From an uncultured Gammaproteobacteria bacterium (GTDB lineage: Bacteria; Patescibacteriota; Microgenomatia; Levybacterales; UBA12049): a stretch of DNA of 64,000 bases. Positions 1 through 9,859 of this stretch are shown here, in pieces (the first letter of the stretch is position 1; each line of letters opens with the position of its first letter). Made by a program: the position numbers and the translations under genes. The stretch is from the NCBI GenBank assembly GCA_964512695.1, contig CAZEJU010000003.1, positions 9,897 through 73,896 on the forward strand, given 5' to 3'. Below the pieces are notes generated by a model that was given only the letters and a program-made list of their open reading frames with translations, had not been told where the DNA came from and ran no database searches.

Positions 1-719
1 TCAGTGGTGCTGTATCCGGTATGATCTATTTTAAGATACGGTATCGTCATGCCGGATTAACACTTTTAACAACACAGGCTCTTCGCACGATAACAGGTAT
101 ATTCATCTGTGTCTTTCTCTACTTTTTTCTGTACGCTGATATTTTCACTATGCTTTACCCATTGGTTGAAAAAAACGCGATACAACCCATAGCCAAACTT
201 GTAGGTTATGCTTTTAAAACACCCAAATTTAGTGATGATATGTTCCGCCTCGTACCATCATATCCGCCAGCACAACGAAATCCATATGTTCCACAACCTC
301 AACCAAATCCTCCACCCTATACGAATCCACAACCGCAACCGCCTGTTACAACTATGCCAAGTCCATCTGAAATAGTCGGAGCTTTAAATAACTATCGTGC
401 TAAAAATGGTCTATCTGCTTTCACACAGGATGATTTTCTCATGGGATATGCCCAACAACGAGCCCAGTATTTCGTTTCTCGCGGAGGACTAGATAATCAC
501 GATCAATTTTTTAAAGATATTCGGGATAGTAGATTTAACGCATATTATTCGTTAGGAGAAAACTCCGCGTCTAGCGGAACAATGACAGCCGAAAAATTAA
601 TTGAGGAATTTTTCGGAAGAAGTTCAGGGCATAATGATAACCAATTAAGTACGCAGTGGACACATGTTGGTGTGGGTGTAAGTGGATCATATACCGATGT
701 AGTATTTGGAAGGAAATAA
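1..719 (+). CDS. Pro-rich secreted protein with C-terminal CAP/SCP (PR-1-like) domain; probably N-terminally truncated by the window edge
   Basis: Reading frame is open from base 3. A PQPQPNPPPYTNPQPQPP linker is followed by a ~120 aa region (GALNNYRAKNGL...HNDNQLSTQWTHVGVGV) resembling the CAP domain. Confidence 0.45.
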   Translation, partial: SGAVSGMIYFKIRYRHAGLTLLTTQALRTITGIFICVFLYFFLYADIFTMLYPLVEKNAIQPIAKLVGYAFKTPKFSDDMFRLVPSYPPAQRNPYVPQPQPNPPPYTNPQPQPPVTTMPSPSEIVGALNNYRAKNGLSAFTQDDFLMGYAQQRAQYFVSRGGLDNHDQFFKDIRDSRFNAYYSLGENSASSGTMTAEKLIEEFFGRSSGHNDNQLSTQWTHVGVGVSGSYTDVVFGRK

Positions 720-833
720 ACGCAAGGCAGGGAAACTCAAGAATACTTTCCACTCATGAAAAAATGAATCACTCTGACACAGCTTCATAAAAGAACTATA
801 ATCTCTGAGCTTCTCTGTTAGAGTAGAAAAGGT

Positions 834-859
834 AGGTGGCGGCAACATGGCCGCCACCT
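834..859. terminator. GC-rich perfect 10-bp stem/6-nt loop hairpin between convergent genes
   Basis: aggtggcggc-aacatg-gccgccacct. An A-run precedes it on the + strand, giving a T-run after the hairpin on the minus strand. It sits 16 nt downstream of the 875..1099 minus-strand ORF. Confidence 0.6.
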
Positions 860-874
860 GTGTGATTGTCAAAC

Positions 875-1099
875 TTAGCTATCACCATCTGCATCTTCTT
901 CGATACCATGTTCGGTGTCATCAGACCGGGGAACATCCCTCGTATAGAAAGCTTCAGTAGGGATTACTGCACTACTCGCATCGCTGCTCTCCGCTTGTCC
1001 TTCATCCAGAATGTCTTCTCGACGTCCCAGGGTTTCTGGTTCAATGACAACTTCATCCGCCTCTAACGAGTCTTCTGCTCTGCGCACTTCTTCAGACAT
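875..1099 (-). CDS. small highly acidic hypothetical protein (74 aa, rich in Asp/Glu)
   Basis: ORF followed by a strong intrinsic terminator. No recognisable domain. Confidence 0.35.
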   Translation of the reverse strand: MSEEVRRAEDSLEADEVVIEPETLGRREDILDEGQAESSDASSAVIPTEAFYTRDVPRSDDTEHGIEEDADGDS

Positions 1100-1339
1100 G
1101 ATGCATTCCTTTCATCTTACAAAAAATCTCTGCCTTGCGTTGTCAAAGTTCATAATGAACTATTCACCAGTTATCATATAAAACTAACAGAACATGTGGT
1201 AAATAAGTAAGTAATACGTAAGAATTTACGCGAGCTACTAGAAGATGCAGGATAGGTCTTATAGCAAATCTTTCTTTCTGAAACCTGCAGGAGATCATAC
1301 CACGAACATCTTATATACAATAATTCTAAACTTTAAACA

Positions 1340-1651
1340 TTATTCCAGCGGTATCTGATCAATGAGAGGTAAATATACACGAACTTCCTCCCAAAATTTA
1401 TCCGAAAGATTTGAAGAAAACTTTGCATATCCACTATTTTCAGATTTTGCACAGAGTTCATTATCATAACGTCTAATAATCCGTAAAATTTTTTGACCTT
1501 TTTCGTTAAATTCTTCGAGGACAGATTCATCTCCAGCTGCTAAACGGTCATGTAAACTTTTGAAGTCTGTAAAAAACTCATGATATTCGTTTACCATGGT
1601 CGTGAAGTGTTTTTTATACTTGCTCATAAACGAAGATATGTAGTATAACAC
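1340..1651 (-). CDS. hypothetical protein
   Basis: 103-aa ORF, no recognisable motif. Confidence 0.35.
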   Translation of the reverse strand: MLYYISSFMSKYKKHFTTMVNEYHEFFTDFKSLHDRLAAGDESVLEEFNEKGQKILRIIRRYDNELCAKSENSGYAKFSSNLSDKFWEEVRVYLPLIDQIPLE

Positions 1652-1728
1652 GAATATGTATACAAATGGAGAAGCAATTGTACAAAGTATAAATTATTCT
1701 TCATTACCTGAAGAGTGGTAGAGTAACT

Positions 1729-1980
1729 ATGTTTAAACCGTGGTTTAAATTAAATAAATGGAAAACAGGATGGATACCTATCTCATGGCAAGGCTGGTTA
1801 TTAACAATAGGCTTTATAGGTATGACTATGTATAATTTCTTTAGAATACACCAATCGTCTCAATCTATATTCGATACCTTACTAATTTTTATACCTCAAA
1901 CACTGATTTTTGCAGGTTTATTCAGTACTCTTTGTTACTTCCGCTCAGAGCGATCTTCAGGTGAAGAAATGTTACAATAA
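1729..1980 (+). CDS. small integral membrane protein (2 TM predicted)
   Basis: Hydrophobic segments WIPISWQGWLLTIGFIGM and LLIFIPQTLIFAGLF. Confidence 0.35.
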   Translation: MFKPWFKLNKWKTGWIPISWQGWLLTIGFIGMTMYNFFRIHQSSQSIFDTLLIFIPQTLIFAGLFSTLCYFRSERSSGEEMLQ

Positions 1981-2033
1981 AAACAAATCAACGAAGTTCT
2001 AACAACTTCTCACTGATGTAACACTAGGAATCT

Positions 2034-2720
2034 TTGTACTTTTTCATTTCTAAAACTACTATGTATTTTTTTCTTTTCTTTCTAGGACTATTCATACTTT
2101 TTTTCCTCTCTAAAGCAGTATCCATGCAAACCTCAATAATATTACATCGCATAACACATAATAAAACAGCTGCTATATTTCTTTTTTCCTTTCTTTTTCT
2201 TCCAGGAACTTTTGTCCATGAACTGGCTCATTTTCTTATGGCGAAGCTACTTTTTGTTCCTACTGGATCGTTCTCGTTAAAACCAGAACTTACAGGTAAC
2301 GACTTAAGACTAGGAAGAGTTATGATAGCAAAAACAGATATTATAAGGAGATTTCTCATAGGATCAGCCCCTTTCTTAGCAGGCACAGCTATTATCTTAT
2401 TAGCTACCTTTTTATTACAACAAGAAAACACTTGGAACAATCCATATTTCCTAGTATTTGTTATATTGATTATTTTCCAAATCGGTAACACAATGTTTTC
2501 TAGTAAAAAAGATATGGAGAGTATTGTACCTCTTCTGATTTTAGTAACTATACTAACAATAGTAGTGTATATAACAGGATTTCGTATAAAACTTGATCAA
2601 AACTCAATAGTATTTCTTAATGGCGTATTTAAGAAAGCAAGTTCCTTACTTCTGATACCTATTGGTATCGATATCGTATTGATATCCTGTTTATATTTGT
2701 ATAAAAGAGTACTTCAGTAA
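2034..2720 (+). CDS. polytopic membrane protein with HExxH motif; putative membrane zincin metallopeptidase (DUF3267-like)
   Basis: FVHELAHFLMA motif adjacent to a TM helix, several further TM segments. Confidence 0.5.
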   Translation: MYFFISKTTMYFFLFFLGLFILFFLSKAVSMQTSIILHRITHNKTAAIFLFSFLFLPGTFVHELAHFLMAKLLFVPTGSFSLKPELTGNDLRLGRVMIAKTDIIRRFLIGSAPFLAGTAIILLATFLLQQENTWNNPYFLVFVILIIFQIGNTMFSSKKDMESIVPLLILVTILTIVVYITGFRIKLDQNSIVFLNGVFKKASSLLLIPIGIDIVLISCLYLYKRVLQ

Positions 2721-2759
2721 GCTATAGCAATCACTATCTAAATTTTCTATAATACGCCT

Positions 2760-3203
2760 ATGGCAAAAGTTAAAAGTGAGATTAAGCGACTTTATCGTTC
2801 AGAAACTGATGTTATTATTGCAGGAGTAGCAGGAGGGCTAGGTGAATATTTTGAAATTGATCCAGTCATTATTCGGCTTCTTTTTCTCGCTGCTGTATTC
2901 TTTGGAGGATTTGGCGTACCAATATATCTTGTTTTGTGGATTATACTTCCTACTAAAAAATCTGGGGAACCCGCGACCCAGAAGACCATTAATCATAATA
3001 TCGCTGAAATGAGGGGGAAAGCAGCCTCCTTAGCTGAAGGATTACGTGGAGTGAAGACAGGAGAAAAATCCAAAAATACACTTGCTATTCTTCTTATCGT
3101 TATAGGTGGAATACTGTTTCTCCATAAACTGGGTATTATCCGTTTTGATTTTATATGGCCTCTCTTTTTAATCGGCTTGGGAGTTTTTCTTTTTTCCAGA
3201 TAG
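2760..3203 (+). CDS. PspC-domain membrane protein (phage-shock protein C family)
   Basis: N-terminal LYRSETDVIIAGVAGGLGEYFEIDPVIIRLLF..PIYLVLWIILP is the PspC signature. A second TM lies at the C-terminus. Confidence 0.8.
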   Translation: MAKVKSEIKRLYRSETDVIIAGVAGGLGEYFEIDPVIIRLLFLAAVFFGGFGVPIYLVLWIILPTKKSGEPATQKTINHNIAEMRGKAASLAEGLRGVKTGEKSKNTLAILLIVIGGILFLHKLGIIRFDFIWPLFLIGLGVFLFSR

Positions 3204-3238
3204 ATTTTCCCTACACAAAAAATACATGATCCACTATA

Positions 3239-3847
3239 ATGCGACATATGTCAAAAGAAATCGCATATTGTTCACTCGATCCAGATTTCCCAGAAACAGG
3301 ATATATAGGATTTCTGTTTATACTTCACGATGACAATTTGCTTGGTACATTACCCCTTGATACTATCTACACAAGTATCGATCATGCTTCAGAAGGAATA
3401 AAAGCTATATTCGAACAAATAAAGGGAACGCAAAAAAAAATAACGATACCACAAGAGTGTGTACTGATAAGTATTAAAAAACAATCTTTACTACCTTTAA
3501 AAAAGAACTATTGGAAAAATCCCCAAATAAACTATAGTGAACACTCACGTGTTACTACTTTTTCACCTGTCTTGGAAAATCCTTCTCTTTTCTCTTTGCT
3601 TGTTACACCATTTTCTTATGACGATGTTGTTAACAAATGGTACTTCACTGCCGCCATGCCTTTATATCACAAATTCAATCCTAAAACGATAGAAGCATTC
3701 ATGAAATTTAGTGATTATGTAGTCGAGCCAAGAGCAAAAACTGCCGCAATATATACATTAGAACAAAAAGTTCGATTTAATTGGATGACAAAAGAAATAA
3801 AAGAGTTTGAACATCATAAAACTATAAAACCTAAAGAAAAAAGTTAG
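3239..3847 (+). CDS. hypothetical protein
   Basis: 202-aa ORF, no recognisable motif. Confidence 0.4.
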   Translation: MRHMSKEIAYCSLDPDFPETGYIGFLFILHDDNLLGTLPLDTIYTSIDHASEGIKAIFEQIKGTQKKITIPQECVLISIKKQSLLPLKKNYWKNPQINYSEHSRVTTFSPVLENPSLFSLLVTPFSYDDVVNKWYFTAAMPLYHKFNPKTIEAFMKFSDYVVEPRAKTAAIYTLEQKVRFNWMTKEIKEFEHHKTIKPKEKS

Positions 3848-3924
3848 AGTTTAACACTCTCTATCTGGTTGTTACGATCTCTTCACTAATTACTAAAAGA
3901 TATGCTATTATGTAAAACGTCATT

Positions 3925-4401
3925 ATGAAAAAGACAATCTTTATATGGGCTCTATTACTCTTCCTTTTCGTCGAGTTCCTTCTAGTTATTTCCCCAGGTG
4001 ATATGAAAGTAACAAATTCTAACGTTTTACCTACTCAAACTATTAATCTAGCAAGTGATCAAAAAAATAAAGAAACACAATCTCTTAAAAAAGAAATCCT
4101 TAAAGAAGGAACAGGGACAGCAGTAAAAATCGGTGATACCGCCCTCGTACATTACAAGGGAACGTTAACAGATGGAACAGAATTTGATAGTTCATTTAAG
4201 AGAAATGAACCTTTTTCTGTCACATTGGGAACAAATCAGGTTATTAAAGGCTGGGAAGAAGGTATCCCAGGAATGAAGATAGGCGAGAAACGAAAACTTA
4301 CTATTCCCCCTAGCTTAGGCTATGGTGAATCTGGTTCACCACCTGTCATCCCACCTAATGCTACACTTATTTTTGAAGTTGAGCTGATTGATATTAAATA
4401 A
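3925..4401 (+). CDS. FKBP-type peptidyl-prolyl cis-trans isomerase, secreted or membrane-anchored
   Basis: N-terminal hydrophobic signal. The FKBP core is [16 protein letters not shown]...[24 protein letters not shown]...[14 protein letters not shown]. Confidence 0.85.
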   Translation: MKKTIFIWALLLFLFVEFLLVISPGDMKVTNSNVLPTQTINLASDQKNKETQSLKKEILKEGTGTAVKIGDTALVHYKGTLTDGTEFDSSFKRNEPFSVTLGTNQVIKGWEEGIPGMKIGEKRKLTIPPSLGYGESGSPPVIPPNATLIFEVELIDIK

Positions 4402-5428
4402 TTCTCTGCGTAGTTTTTTGCATAATTTGTTCTTTAATAGTTTTTTCCCTCTCACGTTTAATAGCATAATCAATGATAGCTAGAATAAAAAGATTGGGAA
4501 GTAATGTACTCAAAGCGTAAAACTGAAAACTATAAAAAAGGAAAAACTGCGTTAAAAAGATGAAAATCATCACTGCAATTTTAAATTGACTATATGCACG
4601 GAGTCGTGAAGATCTCAGTAAAAAAAATCCTTCTAAAATAAAAACTGCTGCCACCAATGCAGTTATGAGAACTCCCCATTTATCAAATGATAAATAAATA
4701 CGAGCAGCAATGCTATAAGAGATAAGACCTATCGCTAAAGCTGCTTGTAATAAAAGAAAAAATATAACAAAACGGGCAAGTAAAAAAGACTTTGTCATAA
4801 ATTGGTAAATGCTTCTTAATTTCCGACGAAATATAAGAAAATAGCCAGGTTTTTTTGGTTGTATTGCTTCAATTTTTGATAATAACTCATATAACCATTG
4901 AGCAATAGGATCACTTAAATCAGATTTCTGTAAATATTCAAAGGCAAGTCTTTCCTCCTCGACATCCAAATCATTAATCACAGCTTCCTGAGTCATATCT
5001 AAGGCGTTGATCAAATATTCTTTTTTTGAATATGCACGGTACTGAGGAATCATACGAAAAAGAAGAAAGAGTAGAATAAAAATTACGTAAATAATTGCAA
5101 CAGCTGGTTGAAAAAAATAATTATTATCGCTTGTTAAAAACTTACCTAATTCATCGATAAATGCACCGAAACCGATTCCACCAATAACTGCTGCTAGCTG
5201 CATCGCAAATCTATTAAGGAATGTTAATAAGAGAATTAATGCTGCAGTCATAAACAATCCCCCCCATAACATATGTGCAACATGTATACCTCGACCACCA
5301 AGTTGGGGATAACCTGTAATGAATAAAAAGAAACGAATTGAAAAAAGTGAGGAAATGGCAGAAACTAAAAAAATTTCTAAGAGATCATCAGCCTCGATGT
5401 TTCTTATAAATATTCCTTTTAATGACAT
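4394..5428 (-). CDS. integral membrane protein of unknown function (TM clusters at both ends, central soluble segment)
   Basis: Hydrophobicity pattern; no catalytic motif recognised. Confidence 0.45.
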   Translation of the reverse strand: MSLKGIFIRNIEADDLLEIFLVSAISSLFSIRFFLFITGYPQLGGRGIHVAHMLWGGLFMTAALILLLTFLNRFAMQLAAVIGGIGFGAFIDELGKFLTSDNNYFFQPAVAIIYVIFILLFLLFRMIPQYRAYSKKEYLINALDMTQEAVINDLDVEEERLAFEYLQKSDLSDPIAQWLYELLSKIEAIQPKKPGYFLIFRRKLRSIYQFMTKSFLLARFVIFFLLLQAALAIGLISYSIAARIYLSFDKWGVLITALVAAVFILEGFFLLRSSRLRAYSQFKIAVMIFIFLTQFFLFYSFQFYALSTLLPNLFILAIIDYAIKREREKTIKEQIMQKTTQRII

Positions 5429-6051
5429 ACCTACAGTATATCAAACTTACTCTCTTCAACTGGTTAGATTACAAAAAATGTGTTATCATTCCGATGCAAA
5501 CTATGAATAAAGCAAAAAATGAAACTCTAAAAAAACAAGCTGTTACTATCGCTTCTGAGATATCACATCTTATAACTCAATATACCCATGACAGTTTCAC
5601 CTCAAAATTCTTTCTGACCGATGAAATTGGTACAAACTTTTATATAGCAGCTGGTGGTTTTGCAGCTGTAATTTATGAACCTCAATTAGAAGCTGATGAG
5701 GTGCAAAACATTCATGCATTATCATTTTTTCTTATTCTTATTACATATGGATTCCAAATATATATTCGAGAACGTTCGCTAAGAACCAATAGCTCACCTT
5801 ACACACTACCCACAAATAAGAAAAAAATTGAAGTAGCAAATTCTGTTATCTTAGAACGAGCTGAAACAGGAAACCTGGTATCTTCTCCTCTTGCTGATGA
5901 AATAATTGAACTAACACTTATGCAAGTACAAAAAACATTACATGAAAAAGACTTTACCTTAGCTGAACACAGGTTAAATGAAAAAAAATTATACACATAT
6001 ATGACTGTATCACTGTATTTCGGTTATAATATGGCTGCAGAACTCCTCTAA
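5422..6051 (+). CDS. hypothetical protein, paralog family A (copy 1); true start probably at the internal Met near 5506
   Basis: Shares YT(H/N)DSFTSKF and I(R/K)ERS.L.N..PYTL(P/E)T blocks with the next ORF. Confidence 0.5.
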   Translation: MTYLQYIKLTLFNWLDYKKCVIIPMQTMNKAKNETLKKQAVTIASEISHLITQYTHDSFTSKFFLTDEIGTNFYIAAGGFAAVIYEPQLEADEVQNIHALSFFLILITYGFQIYIRERSLRTNSSPYTLPTNKKKIEVANSVILERAETGNLVSSPLADEIIELTLMQVQKTLHEKDFTLAEHRLNEKKLYTYMTVSLYFGYNMAAELL

Positions 6052-6173
6052 GCTCTCCCAGGTCCTCGAAAATTGGCTCTGAAACTTTGCAACTATGTAA
6101 CTCATTATAACTTCATACTTGCCAAGTGTAATTTTTCTTTTTATACTAAACATACAGGCAGAAATTACTTTCG

Positions 6174-6623
6174 ATGAAAATTTTGCCTGAACCAGCTGAC
6201 CAACAAATAATTTTAGCAACACAGATTTGGGAGGACGTCGTGCATTCGATGGGTCAGTATACAAACGATAGTTTTACTTCAAAGTTTTTACCCCCCGAAG
6301 AAATACTTACATATGTGCGCCCCATAGCATCGTCGTTTGCGCAACTTCATTACACTCCTCTACCAACAAAAAAAGAAATCTATAAATCCCATCTCTATGG
6401 AGTGTTTTATTTTCTCATTATATGTGGTATGCAAATGCATATTAAAGAACGATCAATACTAAAAAACCATGCTCCTTATACACTAGAAACTCATGAAAAA
6501 TTAATCAGAGAAGCAAAAAATCGAGTTATGAATGAACTCACCGAGGGGATAAAAGTATACCCTCCTTTAAATCACGCAATGGATATTTTCCTATCAAATG
6601 TAGCAACACCGCGAAGATTATAA
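6174..6623 (+). CDS. hypothetical protein, paralog family A (copy 2)
   Basis: Collinear similarity to 5422..6051 (QYTNDSFTSKF, HIKERSILKNHAPYTLET). Confidence 0.5.
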   Translation: MKILPEPADQQIILATQIWEDVVHSMGQYTNDSFTSKFLPPEEILTYVRPIASSFAQLHYTPLPTKKEIYKSHLYGVFYFLIICGMQMHIKERSILKNHAPYTLETHEKLIREAKNRVMNELTEGIKVYPPLNHAMDIFLSNVATPRRL

Positions 6624-6771
6624 AGATTACCTTTAAAAAATTATGAATTCGACGCAGAAAAATTTGATAAATTTCTCCCCGTCACATTGTTATGGGGGTA
6701 TCTTTTTGCAAAAGAAATAATAAAAGATAAATGATTTACTATAGCATTCATCTTCAACATAGTTTGATCGT

Positions 6772-7497
6772 ATGTCTGGAATTCATGCTATAGAATCGGG
6801 AAGAAACCTTCAGTCTTTAACAGAACCCACATCTGCTTTTTCTGTCATCTCTCTACGTCAAATTGACACCCTAAAACAGGGTCTTGAATATATTAGGGAA
6901 GAAGGCCCGAAATATCGAATACTTCCCGATTCCCATACTGCTCTAAAAGTCAGACAATATGGAACACTTTGCGATGAACATACTTTTCAAACTATAGAAA
7001 AAGGTAACTGGCGAGTAACTGTTTATGATCCTGAAGGGAAATTCAATCAAGCATACTTCACCACACCGCCAGAAGTTACATTCTTAGCACAACAGCTGAC
7101 TCCACTACAAAGATTTCGCCAACCTCCTCCTGAAGATACAAGAGCTCAAAAACATACTGCAGCACAATTATTCTTAGCTGAAAATACAAGCATTTTGGCA
7201 GAACATATTTTCTGTCAGATGGGAATAGAAAAAAAAGTAACTACTATACCGCTCCTTTTAGAACTCTGGAGTAGACCAGATTTAACTCTTTTTATACCCG
7301 ATCCACTTCTCCTTGAGATTGGATTAGGAGGTAAATTTGGAAAAGTAGAAAGGTATGTAGATGACTTTGAAAGAGTATACCCTTCTATGAAAGGACGCGT
7401 TCAGGGAGCAGTCGTTCATTACACTGTAAATGAAGAAGGGGGAAACTTACGTATATTTACATCATCACCATATACAAAGATGAAACAAGCAGCATAA
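6772..7497 (+). CDS. hypothetical protein, paralog family B (copy 1)
   Basis: Full-length collinear similarity to 7508..8197 (L.Y.R...PKY.I.P..HT...V...G........G.W.VTV.DP.G.FN.A..T..PE...LA..L...Q.F..PPE.D..AQ.HT..QLFLA.NT....E.IFC.MG). Confidence 0.55.
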   Translation: MSGIHAIESGRNLQSLTEPTSAFSVISLRQIDTLKQGLEYIREEGPKYRILPDSHTALKVRQYGTLCDEHTFQTIEKGNWRVTVYDPEGKFNQAYFTTPPEVTFLAQQLTPLQRFRQPPPEDTRAQKHTAAQLFLAENTSILAEHIFCQMGIEKKVTTIPLLLELWSRPDLTLFIPDPLLLEIGLGGKFGKVERYVDDFERVYPSMKGRVQGAVVHYTVNEEGGNLRIFTSSPYTKMKQAA

Positions 7498-7507
7498 ACA
7501 TTTAAAT

Positions 7508-8197
7508 ATGAGAACAAATGTAGAGCTAGGTTATAATTCAATAGAAACAGCAATCGTTCACGCAGACAAAAATAGGCGACAAAGATTAACAGAAGGACTA
7601 GACTATCTTCGTATGCAGATGCCTAAATACCTTATTCGTCCAGAAGGCCATACTGTTCGTGAAGTAAAAAGGTTTCATGGGACATGGCCGCAACATATTT
7701 TTGATACTGTAGGCATGGGTGGCTGGCAAGTAACGGTTATAGATCCCATTGGCCTTTTCAACCGGGCTACACTTACTCCAGCGCCAGAAATAAGCCACCT
7801 TGCAGGCGAACTAGCTATTGCTCAGGATTTTATAAAACCTCCTGAATACGATAAACATGCTCAGGAACATACGAGCGTCCAACTGTTTTTAGCTGCTAAT
7901 ACGAGAAAAATGGTTGAGAGTATCTTCTGTAATATGGGAGCTGCACCGCCAAAACATATTGCACCGTTTATTCTTGAACCAGGGCATGGACCTGATATAG
8001 TAATGCTTACTCCAGATCCATTTATTGTTGAAATAGGAAAAGAAGGTAAATTTCCTGTATTAGAAGAGTATATTAAAGAATTTCAATATCAGTATCCATA
8101 TGTAGCGGATCGTGTAACAGGAGCAGTTGTATATTATAAAAAAACAAAATCAGGTGCATCTTTAAACGTTTTTAGTAGCAGAATAGGTGTAAGCTAA
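7508..8197 (+). CDS. hypothetical protein, paralog family B (copy 2)
   Basis: Tandem duplicate of 6772..7497 after a 10-nt spacer. Confidence 0.55.
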   Translation: MRTNVELGYNSIETAIVHADKNRRQRLTEGLDYLRMQMPKYLIRPEGHTVREVKRFHGTWPQHIFDTVGMGGWQVTVIDPIGLFNRATLTPAPEISHLAGELAIAQDFIKPPEYDKHAQEHTSVQLFLAANTRKMVESIFCNMGAAPPKHIAPFILEPGHGPDIVMLTPDPFIVEIGKEGKFPVLEEYIKEFQYQYPYVADRVTGAVVYYKKTKSGASLNVFSSRIGVS

Positions 8198-8221
8198 GTA
8201 TAATTATGAGATAATGACTAT

Positions 8222-8641
8222 ATGAAAATACTTATTGAAAACGATTTACAATATTTTATCCGCTTCGATAAAAATGAAGAGGTTCTAGAAGAACTTTCAA
8301 AACTTATCAATCTTAAGAATATACAAAGTGCATATTTTACTTGTATTGGTTCTGTAAAAGGACTCGTCCTATCTTACTACAATCTAACAACTAAACAGTA
8401 TGAAGATCATACGCTAGATGAAGATCTAGAGGTAGTAAGTATAACTGGAAATGTAGCGATTATGAATGATAAACCTGTTATTCATGCGCATGGCGTATTC
8501 TCAAAAAAAGATTTACATACTGTAGGTGGACATATAAAAAAACTACTCGTATCAGCAACATGCGAAGTATTTTTAACAAATTTATCTAATAATCTCTCCC
8601 GATCATTTGATAATGAAACAGGTCTTAATCTCCTGCAGTAA
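8222..8641 (+). CDS. PPC/DUF296-like domain protein
   Basis: C-terminal pattern SITGNVA...KPVIHAHGVFS......GGHI......EVFL matches the PCC (DUF296) fold signature. Confidence 0.45.
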   Translation: MKILIENDLQYFIRFDKNEEVLEELSKLINLKNIQSAYFTCIGSVKGLVLSYYNLTTKQYEDHTLDEDLEVVSITGNVAIMNDKPVIHAHGVFSKKDLHTVGGHIKKLLVSATCEVFLTNLSNNLSRSFDNETGLNLLQ

Positions 8642-8697
8642 AATACTATTACTTTATAGAAAAAAAATCTTTATTATGCTAGAGTATCAGAAGTCTT

Positions 8698-9858
8698 ATG
8701 AATATATATAAAAAAGTTTCGTTATTTCTTCTCATAATCATCCTCAGCTTCATTAATGTTCGAATTTCGTATGCTGCAACAGTTAAAACAGGGGACAGTA
8801 TTTACCTTTCTGAAGAGAAACAATACGAAGATCTTTATCTTTTTGGTAGTACGATTACAGCTGAAGCACCTATAAAGAATGATCTTATTGCTGCCGGAGG
8901 AGAAGTAACTCTTAATGGAGATGTAACAGGCAGCTTAATGGCTGCCGGGGGTACTCTTACTATACGTTCAAATGTTGATAACACAATGCGTGTAGCAGCT
9001 GGAGATGTTATTATAAGCGGAACTATCACACGTGATGTATTGATAGCCGCGGGTGTAGCTCGTATTACTAAAACTGCATCTATTAGCGGTGACTTAATCT
9101 TTATAGGCAGTGAGTTAGTAGTCGAGGGCACTGTAAAAGGGAAAGTAAATGCAACGGGTGAACAAGTAACAATTAATAGTCGTGTCGGTTCTGTAGAAGG
9201 CAATATGGGTTTACTAACCCTTGGGAAAAAAACAATAATAGAGAAAGAGCTTCGGTATTCTTCGCCCACGAAAGCAGCAATTCATGAATCCGCAACTATT
9301 CAAGGAAAAACCTACTATTCAGCGGTTAAACAAGAACCTAAAAACACACAAGGTATTTTAAGAGCTTTCACTCCAGGTGCGCTTTATACTTTATTCCTTG
9401 ATATGTTGCTTTCGCTAGGAGTTGTAGTCTTCTTACCAAATTTCGTTAAAAAAATAATAGCAACTTTGTCTAAATCCCCTCTTAATTCTGCAGGAACAGG
9501 TTTCTTCTTTGTTATTTTCTGGCCGCTTCTTAGCCTGGTTATGCTCTTTCTTCTCTGGTTATCTCTCATTTCATTTCTTTTTTATGCACTTATTCTTATT
9601 ACTAGTATTTTCTTAATGAAAATTGTCGTTGGGTGGCGACTTCTTAAATGGTGGCATATGCATCAAAAAACCACAGAAAAGTATCAAATAAATAGCTGGA
9701 AAACAGCAGTAGTTGGATCAATCGCTGTGTATATACTTATGCTTATACCTATTATAGGTTGGATTATCCTTATATTTATTTATCTTTTGACTGTAGGAGC
9801 TACTGTAAAAGCATTCCTTTCCTTTGTCCAATCATCTAGGATCAGTAACAAAAAATAA
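8698..9858 (+). CDS. secreted beta-helical repeat protein (bactofilin/DUF583-like G-rich repeats) with C-terminal multi-TM anchor
   Basis: Signal peptide MNIYKKVSLFLLIIILSFINVRISYA. Repeated (V/I).G.V.G.(L/I) units (AAGGEVTLNGDVTGSLMAAGGTLTI...AAGDVIISGTITRDVLIAAGVARI). Four hydrophobic helices at the C-terminus. Confidence 0.45.
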   Translation: MNIYKKVSLFLLIIILSFINVRISYAATVKTGDSIYLSEEKQYEDLYLFGSTITAEAPIKNDLIAAGGEVTLNGDVTGSLMAAGGTLTIRSNVDNTMRVAAGDVIISGTITRDVLIAAGVARITKTASISGDLIFIGSELVVEGTVKGKVNATGEQVTINSRVGSVEGNMGLLTLGKKTIIEKELRYSSPTKAAIHESATIQGKTYYSAVKQEPKNTQGILRAFTPGALYTLFLDMLLSLGVVVFLPNFVKKIIATLSKSPLNSAGTGFFFVIFWPLLSLVMLFLLWLSLISFLFYALILITSIFLMKIVVGWRLLKWWHMHQKTTEKYQINSWKTAVVGSIAVYILMLIPIIGWIILIFIYLLTVGATVKAFLSFVQSSRISNKK

Positions 9859-9859
9859 A

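Noticed and set aside
8835-9269. 144-aa minus-strand ORF inside the beta-helix repeat gene, plus many similar antisense ORFs in the track (e.g. 19830..20162, 20369..20800, 25045..25254, 28091..28315, 30345..30722, 40138..40398)
   Set aside because: They lie fully antisense to strongly supported genes (r-proteins, tuf, fusA). They are compositional shadow ORFs with no motifs.
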